62,939 nucleotides of DNA, filler included, from Collodictyon triciliatum (GCA_043381765.1; 4 parts of 4 records of this genome joined end to end with filler, not necessarily neighbours in it), one strand, 5' to 3'. Counted from the whole stretch's first letter, positions 1 to 13,534 are shown. Made by a program: numbers and translations. The notes: generated from the sequence alone by a model not told the origin.

Positions 1-313
1 TTTTTTTCCTTTATTCGATTCAAAGTGTAGCGAGGTTATGCCATACAAAGGGGCGGGATGGGAGCGCATGGGAGAGAGCAAACGCGAGTAGGAGAAGACA
101 CTACCGTGGAGAGGCTAGCACCGGAAAGAAATCAGTGATAGCGAGCTGGTCAGGTGGGCGACCCAACTGGCTGATTGGTTGCGTGGGTAGCAGGGGTTGG
201 ATATGCTGTGGGAGATATCTTACGACACATTCCCACATCTCTCTTCGCTTTCGGTCAGAGTAGCGAAGAATGCGAGCGTGTTTCAGCAGACTGTTCAAAA
301 AGCTGTATTGCAC
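1..313 (-). mobile_element. Probable 3' end of a non-LTR retroelement (C-terminal ORF fragment, 3' UTR, conserved terminus CTTTGAATCGAATAAAGG-A7)
   Basis: Positions 1-25 are the reverse complement of the A-tailed motif found with TSDs elsewhere in the window. It is preceded on the minus strand by an intron-free, more GC-rich 70-codon ORF remnant (101-313). No RT motif is visible, and the flank needed to see a TSD is cut by the window edge. Confidence 0.45.
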
Positions 314-489
314 GAGGTGCTAGATAGCTGCTTAATTGTTGGTTTCCAACATCCCATCATCGAAGTTACACAAAGCTAAGACTTTTTTTTCGACTTAACA
401 TTTGACGCAGTTTAGACTAGGTTCTGAATATTCCTATAGATTAATGAACGGGATATATATGCTTCAAATTCTGGAAGATTTCCAATTAC

Positions 490-727
490 TCTCTCATCTC
501 TCTCATCTCTCTCTCATCTCTCTCATCTCTCTCTCTCATCTCTCTCTCTCTCATCTCTCATCTCTCTCATCTCTCTCTCTCATCTCTCTCTCTCATCTCT
601 CTCTCTCATCTCTCTCTCTCATCTCTCTCTCATCTCTCTCTCATCTCTCTCTCATCTCTCTCTCATCTCTCTCTCATCTCTCTCTCATCTCTCTCATCTC
701 TCTCATCTCTCGTCTCTCTCATCTCTC
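490..727. repeat. Imperfect (CT)n/(CTCTCAT)n microsatellite
   Basis: Direct reading; it produces the spurious Ser/Leu-rich ORF 402..803. Confidence 0.95.
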
Positions 728-1250
728 TTTTAACTCTTTATCCTTTGTTTTAACTCTTTATCCTTTGTTTTGTTTATTCGTTTTGCGATGTTCTAAACAC
801 TGAGCGATTGACTCGGGCAAACTTTACGGTTTTTTCTTCTATTTATTACTTTCTGGTGGAGGGATAAGTGAAAACGAAGCAGCATCACATTCGCTTTGTC
901 GGGAATAATAATAATAGTTACAGTAGTAGTAGTAGCGTGGTCAGTCTCTTCATCTTGTACAATTCGAAAGGAACAATAGCATTTACACAAACGAATGAAG
1001 GGAACCAACGATGAACCGTTCTGTCTGTAGGGGTATCCTGTCACGTTCTTCGCCATAGTGGAAAAGACCACGAAGCCTTTTTCTCACGCACCCGTTCGTG
1101 TGCTCCAAAGTCATTCCCAGAGAAACCATTCCAAGTTGGAATATTTGGTGTTTTGTTCAAACTTTGATATTCTTTCCAACCAGTCAAAACATACTTCAGC
1201 ATTTACCCGCACAATCGCCACAGAGGAAGCTAGTCTCTGACTAGGCTACC

Positions 1251-1548
1251 CTCTTCTTTTTCTTTTTCTTTTTCCTTTTTTTCTCTTTTTTCTCTTTTTT
1301 CTCTTTTTTTTCTCTTTTTTCTTTTTTCTTTTTTCTTTTTTCTTTTTTCTTTTTCTTCTTTTTCTTCTTTTTCTTCTTTTTCTTCTTTTTCTTCTCTTTT
1401 CTCTTTTCTCTTTCTCTTTTCTCTTCTTCCTCTTAATCTTTTTCTTTTTTCTTTTTTCTTTTTTCTTTTTTCTTTTTTCTTTTTTCTTTTTTCTTTTTTC
1501 TTTTTTCTTTTTCTTTTTTCTTTTTCTTTTTTCCCTCTTTTCCTTTTT
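1251..1548. repeat. Polypyrimidine low-complexity tract (TTTTTC/TTTTTCTTC units)
   Basis: Direct reading; it produces the spurious Lys/Glu/Arg-rich ORF. Confidence 0.95.
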
Positions 1549-1654
1549 ACTTCCATCATCCTGTGAGACTCATCATCGCACCATAAAACACACACTCAAG
1601 ACAAGGTCGACGCTTCTCAGACAAAAAAAAGGACAGACACTACATAGAGCAAGG

Positions 1655-4600
1655 ATGAGCGGGCGCGCACAGAAGAGTGCCTCAACACATCGACCTCAGG
1701 GAAGCAAACAAGGCACCTACCAAAGCCCAGAGCAGAATCGGAGGGAAAAAGAGGATCGCATCACAGAGCAGCAGGTATACTATTAAATAAGAACCCAGCC
1801 GACTCTTTCCTTTCCTCTCGACATTATATTTCTGTTTGTTTGTCTTTTGTTTGTTTGTTTGTTTGTTTGTTTGTTTGTTTGTTTGTTTGTTTGTTTGTTT
1901 GTTTGTTTGTTTGTTCCTCAGGTTTCTCTTGTTTATTGACTCCTGATGCTAGCTTAGTGCCATGGCTGTCTGAAAAAAATACTGTACTTATCCATGTCGT
2001 TGATATCGATTCTGCATTCCTTAGAGCATTCTCCCATGACTTTAAACAAAAAATAAACAAATAAAGTAGAAAACAACATACACGTCACAAAGGAACCCTC
2101 TTTGACAATCTTTGTAGCAAAAGAGTTTTGACGTCGACCAACAGATAATTCAACATGAGGAAAGGAAGAAAACCTCCAACATCGCTCTAAATCTTTCGTA
2201 CAGTTTGCGAAAAACAAGTGGCAATCAAGTAGAACAGGTAAGCACGCTTGAAGCATACTCAGTAAGATTTTCCATTCTAATGTTACCTATTTAAAATACC
2301 ATTCTTTGGATTAATATGTTCATATTGCCTCTTTTAGGTACCCGACCTTTCTTCTCATTGGTGCGTAAATATGGACTTCATGCCCTACGTACCATTAATC
2401 GGTACCAGCTTATTTTCTCCCGTCTTTATTTTATGTTATTTTCCCTTTGAATCTGGGTTCATCTGCCTCATGTTATGTCCGAAAAGGATATATAAATATT
2501 CGTATTCATTTACTCCTATTCTTGCTGAAAATAGCAAATGGCGAATACTACATGTGATATTAATCATCACACAAAAAATAACACTACTGGTATATGTTGC
2601 GGTATATGCCACGCACGATACATCTCTCTTTACACTCACAATTAACATTGAAACCATAGGCGAAAGAAGCTATCTGACTCCAACAACATCAAACCTGCTC
2701 AGAGGTGACGAATCCAGCTCAAATTCGCAAGTAAAAATCCTACTCTAATTCTATGAACATTCGAGCCTGTACTTTTTTTTTGAATATACATCCCATCACA
2801 CATAAATGAATACATGCAAATGAATATGTAATCAATCAATTTCACATTATGAATGATGCCCGCCGCAACATATTCACATGCACACTCACATCATCCCAAC
2901 ACTTAACATGGTGTTTACATTTTTCTTTTTCTTTTTCTTCTCTATGTCACAAAGGAAACCGATAGATTGCCCCCAACCACTGTGATTGAAATCCTTGGGT
3001 TTTATCAGGATGACTTAATCAAGCTCCTTTCCATGAGCCACCAACTTTTTTGGTGTCACATTCTCTACCGGCCTTCGGTGATGCAGTTCATCGATTCTTT
3101 CTTAAGATTTTGTCCAAGGCCTTTCGAAGCCACTTTCGAACAGGATGAAATGGAGGCTGTTCTTGAGACGAAACTGCGTGATTCCCTTGGTCAAGTGGCC
3201 CACTCAGTCTTTCTTGTGCTGGTTCGTCTGGCATCAAATCCTGAAAAGGACGGATTTTTAACAAAGGAGTTTTATGCGGATACCATTTTGCACAAAGGCA
3301 TCTTCGATATTCCAAAGTTAATGGATATAGCCTCGATATACTCCAAGAGAAATTTTGAAGCCACTAGAAAATTGGTTTCTGATGTGGTTAGAGCACAGCC
3401 CATGTTTGTACAAAGTGTTGTTCAATCCTGCCAACATATTTTTCGGGCCTTTGGTGCTATTTCGAGCACATTTTCCTCGAATGCCACGAATCTCCCCATT
3501 AATCCGATTGGAGCATCTCCGAAGCAGCCTGCCAAAGAAATTGACAAGAGTGTATGTCTTGACTCGATTGATTACCTACTTGATATATCGCATACCTTGG
3601 CCTCATTCTTGAAGGTGCACCACGAAACTGTGTGGAGTTTTGAGGTATTCATACATCATCTAAACCATATTTCCTTTTATTATTTTGATATTTGATATTT
3701 GATATTTGATAAAATGTTAAAACTTGAAACAAGCGGTCCATTTCCTCCTTTTATATGAATTAAGTATGAATTCATGAAGACATCACGAATTACTCTTATT
3801 TTTAATATATACACTAGGAATCTGGTCTATTTGAGCTTGTAGCTAACGTGTTTGAGGTGTCTCTGCCTAAACTAATACAAACATCAAAAGCTTTGGTGTG
3901 TTAAACATTCATATAATCACATTAAACTCTCCTTGGTTTTTAAATGCCTTTTTTTTAAAAAAAAAGTTTAGGATACTATTTCACTTCTATTCCAATCTCG
4001 CAAATAGATGAAAACATTGTCTGCAGATATTTACGGGAAAATACAACTCATACAAGAGAATCTGCTTACAATGGCGAATGTTTCATTGCAGCATTATTAT
4101 TTTAACTACATGTCAAGCACGGCGGTGTTTTTTTTCATACTTTTTCTTTTCTATTTTTTCTTGTACATATATATTATTTTCATTCACGACTTTCATTTTA
4201 CTTGCATGTATGAAATAAATATTTATTCTTCCTTTCAATAAGAAACATATATAATAGGCAATGCATTTTCATCCCATGACGAAAACTCCTCTTGATGTAC
4301 GGAGCATCGCTGCCAGATTTTTGCACATAATCAGGCCCATGGTGGAAAGTGAAAATGCTGACGCAAGAAGAATCCAATTTCTTCGGTATGAATGATAATG
4401 GTTTCTCCCTTTAGTAGTCATAATTATGATAAATCCTTATGTGTCCATCTGTTAATTTTCTTTATTATAGTTGATATTACGATTCTGTTTATCAATATTG
4501 ATAGTAATACGAATATCATTCATACATATATAAAAATTCCGCTACTATTTCGTCTTTAAAGATGCCATTCAACAATGCAGATGCCTGAATGAAAACCATA

Positions 4601-7058
4601 AATTTATCCATCGATGTCTCAACCTTCAAAACAAAGGACTTTGGATGTAATATCAACTTAATTATACACGCAGATGTAATCATGAAAAAAAATTCATATA
4701 TTGTTTGTATTTACATGTAAACTGACTTGAAATGTCCCCTGGCACTATGAAAAACAGTGACGAATATCAACTAGAGTACATTCTTCGCATCCTGGCAGAC
4801 TTAATCCAAGTTTCATCTAAAGATGTTCACGCCATTTTTGATAAGCGACCAGGAAACGAAGTCGGAACTAAAGCAACAGTAAGTCCAACTATGTGTGACA
4901 TGTCGATTATTTTATTTATTTATTATTTATTTATTTATTTGTAGTTACTTCCTACTTTATTTTTTCAAAAAAAATATGGTTGCATCGACTTGAGCCTTTA
5001 TTTGGACATTTTGAAAAAAGCCCTCGTTATATATTTTTGAATGAAAATCATAGGTCGCTCCAACAAGGGAAATGATACAAGTACAGGAGGTCTTTCCAGA
5101 CGTTGGATTCGGTTTTATTCGCAAGCTTATGGAATTCTACAATAACAGCGTCGACCAGGCTATCCAAGCTCTGATGGAAGATAACCTCCCACCTCACCTC
5201 GTTAATGTGCCCAAAGACCTTGAGGATACTTCTGTGTGAGTTCTATTACGCGAATACCGATATTGATTTTTAATACTCTCAAAAATTGCACAGCCACATC
5301 TCATTTTTTTATGGTTTGAGTAATCATTATTTCCTTCATTTAATTTCAAATATGAAGCTCGTCGCCCAGCCAAGGTATTTGCTTTCTTCCTCTGGTGTCT
5401 CATTCTGGTTTATGATTTCGTTTTATTTATTATTCTTGTCTATTGCACTTTTCTGGGTGGGTGTTGCGTATCTTTCAGACCATATCCTCCTTAAAATGTT
5501 TCACACGTGCATCATTATATCATAATATTAAGTTAGTGTCAATTAATCGCCAATCATTAATTTGAATGCGCGTCTATCTGTCACTTAAAATAGCGCAGTC
5601 GAAAGCAACCAACCCTACCAATTCAAAGGGTAAAAAACAATCCAAATTAAATGTCTACGTATTCACCACATTATTTATACCATCACGTCCATACCTTGAA
5701 TTTTATCCCTGCCCTTCTGTAACTTAATTATATCTTCTCGTTCATTCATAGTCTCATCTCCGTCAGTCACTGTTGTCTCCATAGGAAAGAAGTATGAAGT
5801 TGTTTGTTTTCCTAAAAAAAAAAAAAATATCATCACATTCTTAATCATTTTTAAAAAAAAAACTATTATTTCTGAAATATGGAAGTGTCAATGTCGGATT
5901 CACGTCAATATCATCGTTATTTTAACCCTTAAAGTATATCTTGAGAAAAGGAGAATAGGAAAAAAAAGAAAAGAAGATAAAAAGAACGGAAATACATTAT
6001 TATACATAAATGAAGGCGATACCCCCAACAAGGCTGCATAATAAATAAAGCCCAGATTTAACCAATTCCATTTTAATGATATTTCCATCTTTACCAAAAA
6101 GAACTCACTCAACCTCACAGAACCAAGCAAGGAAAAGACAGCGACCTCTTCCGAGGAGGCCAATCCTCCCTGATTCGCGACCTTGTCTATCGCCAATTAA
6201 AAGAGGAGGTAAATCATTCATTCATTCATTCATACATACATACATACATACATACATACATACATACATACATACATACATACATACATACATACATACA
6301 TACATACATACATACATACATACACAAGAATCATCAACACCAATAAACCTAGCACGAACTGGATGGGCAAAGCTCCCGTGTCGAAGCCGAATTCCTCGAC
6401 ATTGCCGTAGACGCCCGAGACGGCGAGTATGACGACGAATACGATGACGCATGGGACACTTATCAGGTGGCCGCAGCAGATATGGGCGATGAGACAGACA
6501 CGTCTGACGACGAAGGCGGTGCGGCAGGCGGTAACAGCAACGGCAATGGCAACGGGGAAGCCCGACCACAGCTCCAAACACATAGGGCAGGTCTACATTC
6601 CCGGGCGCCTGCGAATCGGCATCACCAGGCAGGAAGCAGAGGCCCGCAATTGGATGTCACAAGTACTGTGGCTCATCATCATTCCTCCATCTGTGCAATC
6701 CCTTCTTCAATATATATCTTTCTTTCTTTTTTTTTCATCTAGCTACTTCAGTTGGCTTCCCTCATTTCACAAAACATAATGATGATGATGGTCGTAAAGT
6801 AGGTGATTCGAGGCCGAAGATACCACTCGGCACCACGACAGAGGTACGGCATGGCTTTGATACAGTCTGATGATAAGCAGTGATGGATGATGACTGATGG
6901 TATCTGGGACATCACAGGCTGGCACCGATCAGGCAAGTGCGGCGCAGCCGAGTCATCGCCACCGAAACACACACGACCCGCATCGCCAAAAGAATCGCGC
7001 GCTCCAAAAGCAACGGCGCTTCGGCGGAGGCGCGCTTTTCCCTTCGTCCACTTCATAA
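1655..7058 (+). CDS. ASCC2: ASCC2/Cue3-like CUE-domain protein (multi-exon)
   Basis: GT-AG splicing from ATG 1655 (MSGRAQK...). N-terminal domain LLSMSHQLFW...FIDSFLRFCPR...IFDIPKLMDIASIY (2967-3645). CUE exon QVQEVFPDVGFGFIRKLMEFYNNSVDQAIQALMEDNLPPHL (5054-5235). Acidic EYDDEYDDAWD motif (~6425). Basic C-terminus HRQKNRALQKQRR, stop TAA at 7058. Some middle exons (5590-5790) are uncertain. Confidence 0.8.
1846..1914. repeat. (GTTT)n microsatellite in ASCC2 intron 1
   Basis: Direct reading. Confidence 0.95.
6213..6324. repeat. (TCAT)n-(TACA)n intronic microsatellite
   Basis: Direct reading; lies inside an ASCC2 intron. Confidence 0.95.
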
Positions 7059-7713
7059 GGGCAGAGGCAGACAGATACATCGGCAGTAAACGCAATCACG
7101 CTGAACAAAACCCCCGCGGCTCTCAGTGTTTCAACATGCGAGTGAAAGGGAAATGAGGCGGAGAAGGGAGAACAACACGCGCGTGGGTTGGCGCGGAGTG
7201 ATAACAAAGTGTATTTGTACCATCCAGAGACGAGACGGATTACGAGCATATGGCTACAAACAAATAGAGCGAGAGGAAATGGAAAGGGCATGAGGTATGC
7301 AAGACAAACTGCCACAGGAGCAACCAGGCGACTCATAAACACAGCGTGAGAGATAACTGCGAATCACCGCAATTGAAACAGCAGTCACAAAGGACACAGG
7401 CCATGTGGCATGGCATGTGGCGAAGCTGTTTGTTTCTGTAATGTTTCTCCACCAAGTTTATCGAGTCGAAGCGACCGGGACCGGGAAGAGAGGCCCGAGC
7501 CACCCAGCCAAGAAGGAAAATCGGGGCAACGAGACATGCACACAAAGCAGAGGCACAAAGAGAAGAAATATTACACTGTCTCGGGTAGTCATCCACCTCT
7601 GCGTTTCCTCGTCGGCGTCTGCCCACCAGCAGGGGGAAACCGAGTCTTGCGAAGCGGACAACTCGGCGCCCCTTCCTCGTCACGGCCGGGCAGACGCAAC
7701 TCGGCCGGCTGAT

Positions 7714-8335
7714 TTACAGGCGGCGACCGCGGCGACCACCCTTGCGGCGGGTGCTGTCTGTGGGCGTCGGTGTGACGTCCTCAATGCGGCCGATCTTGAG
7801 GCCTGAGCGGGCCAGCGCACGGAGGGCAGACTGGGCGCCGGGGCCGGGCGTCTTGGTGCGGTTTCCGCCAGTGGCGCGGAGCTTGATGTGGAGGGCAGTG
7901 ATGCCAAGCTCCTTGATGCGGGCAGCCACGTCCTGGGCGGCAAGCATAGCGGCGTACGGCGAGGATTCGTCGCGGTCAGCCTTGACCTTCATTCCGCCCG
8001 TGATGCGGACAAACGTTTCGCGGCCGGACAGATCGGTGATGTGGATGAAGGTGTCGTTGAAGGACGCGTAGATGTGTGCCATGGCAAAGACGAGCTCGCC
8101 TTCGGCAACCTGGGGGCCAAGGTTTACAACTTCTTCGGGCTTGGGGGCGGCGACTTTCTTGGGGGCCTGATGTGGACGAGGAGGGCCGGGTTTTATGAGG
8201 TGGGGTGAGTTGGTGCTGTCTGGTTGATTGGGAACAGAAGTGTGGGGCGGGCCCGAACGGAAAAAATGCAGTATCAATGGTAAAGTGGGACAAATGATGG
8301 AAAGAAAAGGGGGTGGTCGAGACGGTTCCTACCAT
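7714..8335 (-). CDS. RPS14: 40S ribosomal protein S14 (uS11)
   Basis: [22 protein letters not shown]...[16 protein letters not shown]...[26 protein letters not shown]. The first coding exon is the ATG alone (8335-8333), then a GT-AG intron, then exon 2 at 8166-7714. Confidence 0.98.
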
Positions 8336-9453
8336 AGTGCTTTTTTCTGGTGTTTGCTAGATCTATGCAAGTGGGATCGGAAGGTGGAAACAAAGTTGAT
8401 TAGAAATGGGTTGGTAGGCGCAAGTCGACTTGATCAGTAATATTCGTGACGTTAACTCCAGGGTTAAGGGGTATTGTGATTTCTTTTAGGCGTTTTGATC
8501 AAGAGGCGTGGCGATGGCGTTTTGAGATGGTGTTTGCGCCGCGCTTATGCAGCTAGTAGAGTAATTCTGCGGTGCAGTAAATTCTGGATTGGCAGGATTG
8601 GGCTGGATTCTGTGGGACAGGCTCACCTCGAGTGGGACTCTGGAGATGGGTATCGGCGCCACGGGCTAAGCAGGAGAGAGAATCGTGGCCACAGGCTGGA
8701 ACAAGTACACTAAACAGGCAGAAAAAAATCCGCTCCGACCAAAGCACTGTGCTCTGAACATTTCCTAGTTTGGTTTACTTTACTGAAATTTATTCATGAA
8801 TTAATCTATAATAGGATAATTATTTGAAAATGATTTAAGCAAATATGGAATTTATAATATATACTCCATTATTCTATAAATATGAACGAAATGATAATAA
8901 TATAATATACATGATATAGAAATATAATATTGTATAATATGAAACATATACGTCATATGCACTCACATCGACGCATTGGGAGCTAACGAAGACTGCACGT
9001 TCCATCCATGGAAAATTACTGGAATCTTTATCTTGATTTGGAAATAGATGAAGCACGCAACCATCGTTTCATAACAAAACTTTTTCTTCAGCCCGCCCTT
9101 TCCACTGGCAGAATCACTATGCTTCCATCCTTCACGCTTTCGCACTGGCGTCACTGCATACACTTTCCTGCTTTGCCATCGGTTGTCCGACACGAAGCTA
9201 ACAGAACTTGCAGCCCACCCGCTTCCCACTGAGGCTCTGAAACCCATGTGTGATAGAGAGACATAAGCGAGCCAAACCTGAAAGGATGTATAAAACAAAA
9301 AGCTTTAGAAAACATAAAAGAAATCAACAAAAAAGAATAAAAAAAAAACTCCAGATTCACATAATTCGAAGCAGACTAGAATACATATGCCATTTTTCGT
9401 TGCTTGATCCTTTTTTTTTTAAACTACTTTTTATCGACCCTTCCCGCATAGCC

Positions 9454-10634
9454 ATGTTCATCAGGAAACTCAGAGAACGCTTCTCCAACCGCAACAGTGT
9501 CTCACCAGATGGTTCGGATACACATCCAAGTGTGGGTGGGGAAAGTGAGTGCAGATTGGGACCAGCTGACCTGGCCTTATTGGAATCACTCTCAGAGTCG
9601 ATGATGTCGTCCGACGCCAACAGGGGGTCTTCCTCTGCTTCGTCCAGCTGTGGGGATTACTCAAACACTAGCCGCATCACACCTGTGCCTTTTGTTGTAG
9701 AGCAAGAAGAATGCGATGGTGTAGAAGAAAATGAACTGGATTATAACGAAATGAGTTACAGCAGAACCAGAAAGCAGCAACAAGTGCAAGACAAAAATCA
9801 CCCAAAGTTAAGACACACCACTCATACTGAAATCCAGACCGATTCTGACGATGGTTCGCTGGAAGGAACGAGTACAAGAAGCCAAAGCGTGGGCACTAGC
9901 CCGCAGATTCTCAATCAATATTACCCCGAGCAAGACAGTATCTCCACTGGGTCAGAAACAAGAAAGTCAAGCGATGGGTTAAGTGCAAAGACTGTTCAAG
10001 TGATTCACGTTGAACAGCATTATCATCATCACCATCACCACCACCTACATATAGAGAAAAAGTCTGCCCAGTCATTAATGAGCGCAGATGACCTCCCGGA
10101 GGATGCAATCGAGCAGGCACAGGCAACAACATCGGCAAGAAAGCAGAGTCCAAAGAAAACCAAAAATCATAAGCAAAAAGAGACACAAAAGAAGATGTCT
10201 TCCACAGACCCTTCGGATTCTCGAAGGTCGTCAGATTCATCTATAGTGAACAGTACAACATCTCTAAAGTCTGACGATGATGATGAGTATGTAGACTTTG
10301 TAGACATGTTACGCGGGCGAAGCAAAAGCGTATCTACATCAAAATCTCCTGCGCTTACTCCTACACGAACCACTTCATTTCGGAACTCCTTCTCTGCAAA
10401 ATCATCTCCAAGGTAATTCATCCCCTTTTTTTGAAGCTTTTAATTATAAAAATATGCTTACCTGATATAATCGAGGGCTATTTTTTTTTTTAAAAGTTGC
10501 TGACGTAAATTAAATGTTTTATCCAACACAGGATTCAAGCTGATGTGAGGGGGTCAGAATCATCCCTCGTAACCCACAGAAAGTCTTCTTCCACGGATGT
10601 CCTATCGTCAAGCGCAGTGTTTGTCACGTTTATA

Positions 10635-10733
<99 letters not shown>

Positions 10734-11998
10734 ACCAATTACGTTCGTCCCACACTTCAATCTCTTATATGCCTTACGATCAGTACCCATTCAATGACGA
10801 CGCATACTTACCAATACGTATGATAAATAGTAAACTACCGAAGCTACTCTTCTCTCAAAGTTTTAATCACATTCTTGTCGAGCTTCCAGACTCAGTCATA
10901 TTCGATACGATAGAACAGTTCAAAAAATGTGCCTCGAATCCAGAGTTGTTACGATCTCACGTTCCCAAAAACATGATTTTCCGCATACTTTCACATGCAG
11001 CCAAGTCATGCTCAAAGCTTCCAAATATCATCGACTATGGACTAACTTCTGACCCACCAGTGACGATATGTGGGGATATTCACGGAAATTTTTTTGACCT
11101 ATTAAGGGTGTTTAAAATAAACAATTATCCGTCTTCAGAACGCCCGTATATATTCAACGGGGATTTAGTCGACCGAGGGGCATGGGGCCTAGAAACACTT
11201 CTGACAATTCTAATGTTCCATATTCGATTCCCTAATCATGTTTACATCATCCGAGGAAACCATGAGTCCAGGAGATGCACTGAGATGTACGGATTCCGAA
11301 CTGAGGTTGAGTTTAAGTATGATGCCCAGGTATATGACGCATGCATGGACTTTTTTGATGTTCTGCCCATCGCAGCTTTTGTCAGAGCAAAAGGCAAATC
11401 CACTAACCCAGACAATTTTGGAGAACCCTTTGACTCTAACGTGTTTATCGTACATGGCGGATTATATCGCGAAGAGTTTTCCAGTCGTGTAGGGACTATT
11501 GAAAGCCTCAGAAAGGTGAATCGAGTAGGAGAGCCTGAAAATTTGATTATTTTGGATGCTCTGTGGAGTGACCCAAGCAATAATCGTGCTGCTTACCTGC
11601 GTCCAAACACCCGTCGAGGACTTGGTGTCGAATTTGGCTTGCGTGCTGTGTCCGATTTCATGAAACAGAACAACGTCCGTATTGTTGTACGCTCTCACCA
11701 AAATCCTACAAGCAATACTGGAAGCTCTGTATTTTCAGGAGAAGGATATGACCTTCATACGATTCATCATAAACATTTTCTTATCACAGTATTTTCAATA
11801 CCTGACTACCTTGGAGGGAGGAATAAGGGGGCAATCATGTTACTTTTCCCAGACGCTACGTTTTCAGTTAGGTCTTTTGGGTCAGCTCCCAGACCTCCCA
11901 TTCCAATGTTTGGAGCTGTGCAACACGATGAAAGATCGAGAAACTTGCACAAGGGAAATTCCTACGCAGAAGACTCGGAGCACAAATCCATTAGTTAA
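9454..11998 (+). CDS. PPP-family Ser/Thr phosphatase, PP7/PP5/PPEF clade (PP7-like), with long Ser-rich disordered N-terminus
   Basis: Motifs GDIHG, FNGDLVDRGAWGLE, RGNHE, HGG, LWSDP, RSHQ, TVFSIPDY. Three exons join in frame: 9454-10412, 10532-~10617, 10784-11998. Confidence 0.85.
10635..10732. repeat. (ATT)n intronic microsatellite
   Basis: Direct reading; source of the poly-Ile and poly-Asn ORFs. Confidence 0.95.
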
Positions 11999-12220
11999 GC
12001 ATTTACTCCGACAGTTTTTTTTTTTTGAGACTAAGTTTTGTAATTTATTTGATTGTATGTTCTTGTTAAGCTAGGAAACTAGACCACCACCATTCTTTTT
12101 AATAAATGAGACAATCTTATCTATCTAAACTATAATACTTTTATCTTATTCTCTGTTTATTCTTTTCTTTTTATTTTCAAATGATGAAGAGGTACTTTTC
12201 GTGTGTAAAAGTAGCTTTAA

Positions 12221-13290
12221 ATTAGCCCCATTTTCCGGTTTTATTTTTAAAGAACGTCACTGGACTGTGAGAACTATGAATTCTAATAAACTGACTTTTG
12301 ATTGAACCAGTCTTAAGGCCATGTTGTCTTTGGAGAAATAGCACTTTGTTGTTTGAACCCTTTTTTTTTTTATATCCTTGTATACTAAATCCTTGTTCTT
12401 GTAACCAAGAAGCGTGCTAGGGACTGTCTTTGAATATCTCGTATTGATACGCCCATATAGTTTTTCTTATTTCAGTATTTTCTACCATTCTTCTGCTATA
12501 AAACTGAAGGGGCGATACATGTAAAATTATGACGGAAAATCCTTCAGATATACCGGTTCTCTATTTGAATCTGACATGGTAGGGATGCCAAATGACGCTT
12601 TCCCATGCCCCTCCGCTTGCAATGAAAACAGCAGAGAATGTGGGTGCCATTCACTCTTGAAATACAATGCCCCTCTAAAATCTTTCTTTTTTTTTTTTAT
12701 TCTAAAAGTCTTAGCCGTTGAGCCCGTCTCAACAATCAGCCCCTCCAAAATCTTCAAAAAAATTATCTTGCAGTAAAGAAAGCACAAGGCATTTTATTTT
12801 GTTTTTTTCTTTTGGTGTTGTGTGACATACCCTTTTTTTCCAATCCAACCTGATTGCGTTGCAAGTGTCGCCTTACCAAGGCGCAAAATCTGCTTATAAT
12901 AAAATATTAATATTTTCATAGGTTCAGTGTAACAAAACAATACATAATACAACTGTTTTTTACCTTTACTGATAATATCCACATATGTTACATAACACAT
13001 ATAGAGATATTTATTGAATATTCTTGAGCAAACCGAAGGGATGAATTCCATTCTGGGCGATGAGAGTTTATTTAGCTCCTTTTTTTCTGATTTTTTGGTG
13101 TTTTTCGGATTGGGTGTATCTCTTGTTTGGAAAGGCGCGCCCGGTTGAAGTGTGTGGCAGGTGAGACGAGGATGGCCAGAGAGACGAGGTAGAGGCGTCG
13201 GAGTTGGTGGGTTGTGTTCTAATCCAGGCTTGACACTCGCTGGGTTGTCGCTGGCTTTAGTCTGTGTCCGCATCTCTCGATTCGAAGAAG
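12221..13290 (-). CDS. Possible unidentified multi-exon gene
   Basis: Open exon-like segments bounded by AG/GT (13290-13034 Pro-rich; ~12892-12831 QILRLGKATLATQSGWIGKKG, weakly like a PH-domain first strand). No unique downstream frame could be fixed. Confidence 0.25.
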
Positions 13291-13435
13291 CCTACAGCGA
13301 TACAAAAGCCGCAGTAAGATATTCTGGGTTACTCGTGTTTTTTGTGCAGTCCTTTCTTCCCTTTTCCCCTTTTCCCCTCTTCTTCTCTTCTTCTCTTCTG
13401 CCCTTCTTCCCTTCTTCCCTTTCTTTTCGATACGA

Positions 13436-13534
13436 GTCTGTGTCTGTGTCTGTGTCTGTGTCTGTGTCTGTGTCTGTGTCTGTGTCTGTGTCTGTGTCTG
13501 TGTCTGTGTCTGTGTCTGTGTCTGTGTCTGTGTC
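13436..13534. repeat. (TGTGTC)n hexamer microsatellite
   Basis: Direct reading. Confidence 0.95.

Noticed and set aside
402-1595. Low-complexity ORFs here and elsewhere (poly-SLSH, KKEK, CMYV, IIII, LFVC, TKTK)
   Set aside because: Translations of microsatellites, mostly intronic. A small minus-strand gene at ~900-1560 is possible, but no consistent frame was found.
6345-6470. In-frame TAG codons near ORF ends suggesting stop-codon reassignment
   Set aside because: They are intron 3' splice sites (e.g. ACCTAG|CAC); TAA, TAG and TGA all serve as true terminators elsewhere.
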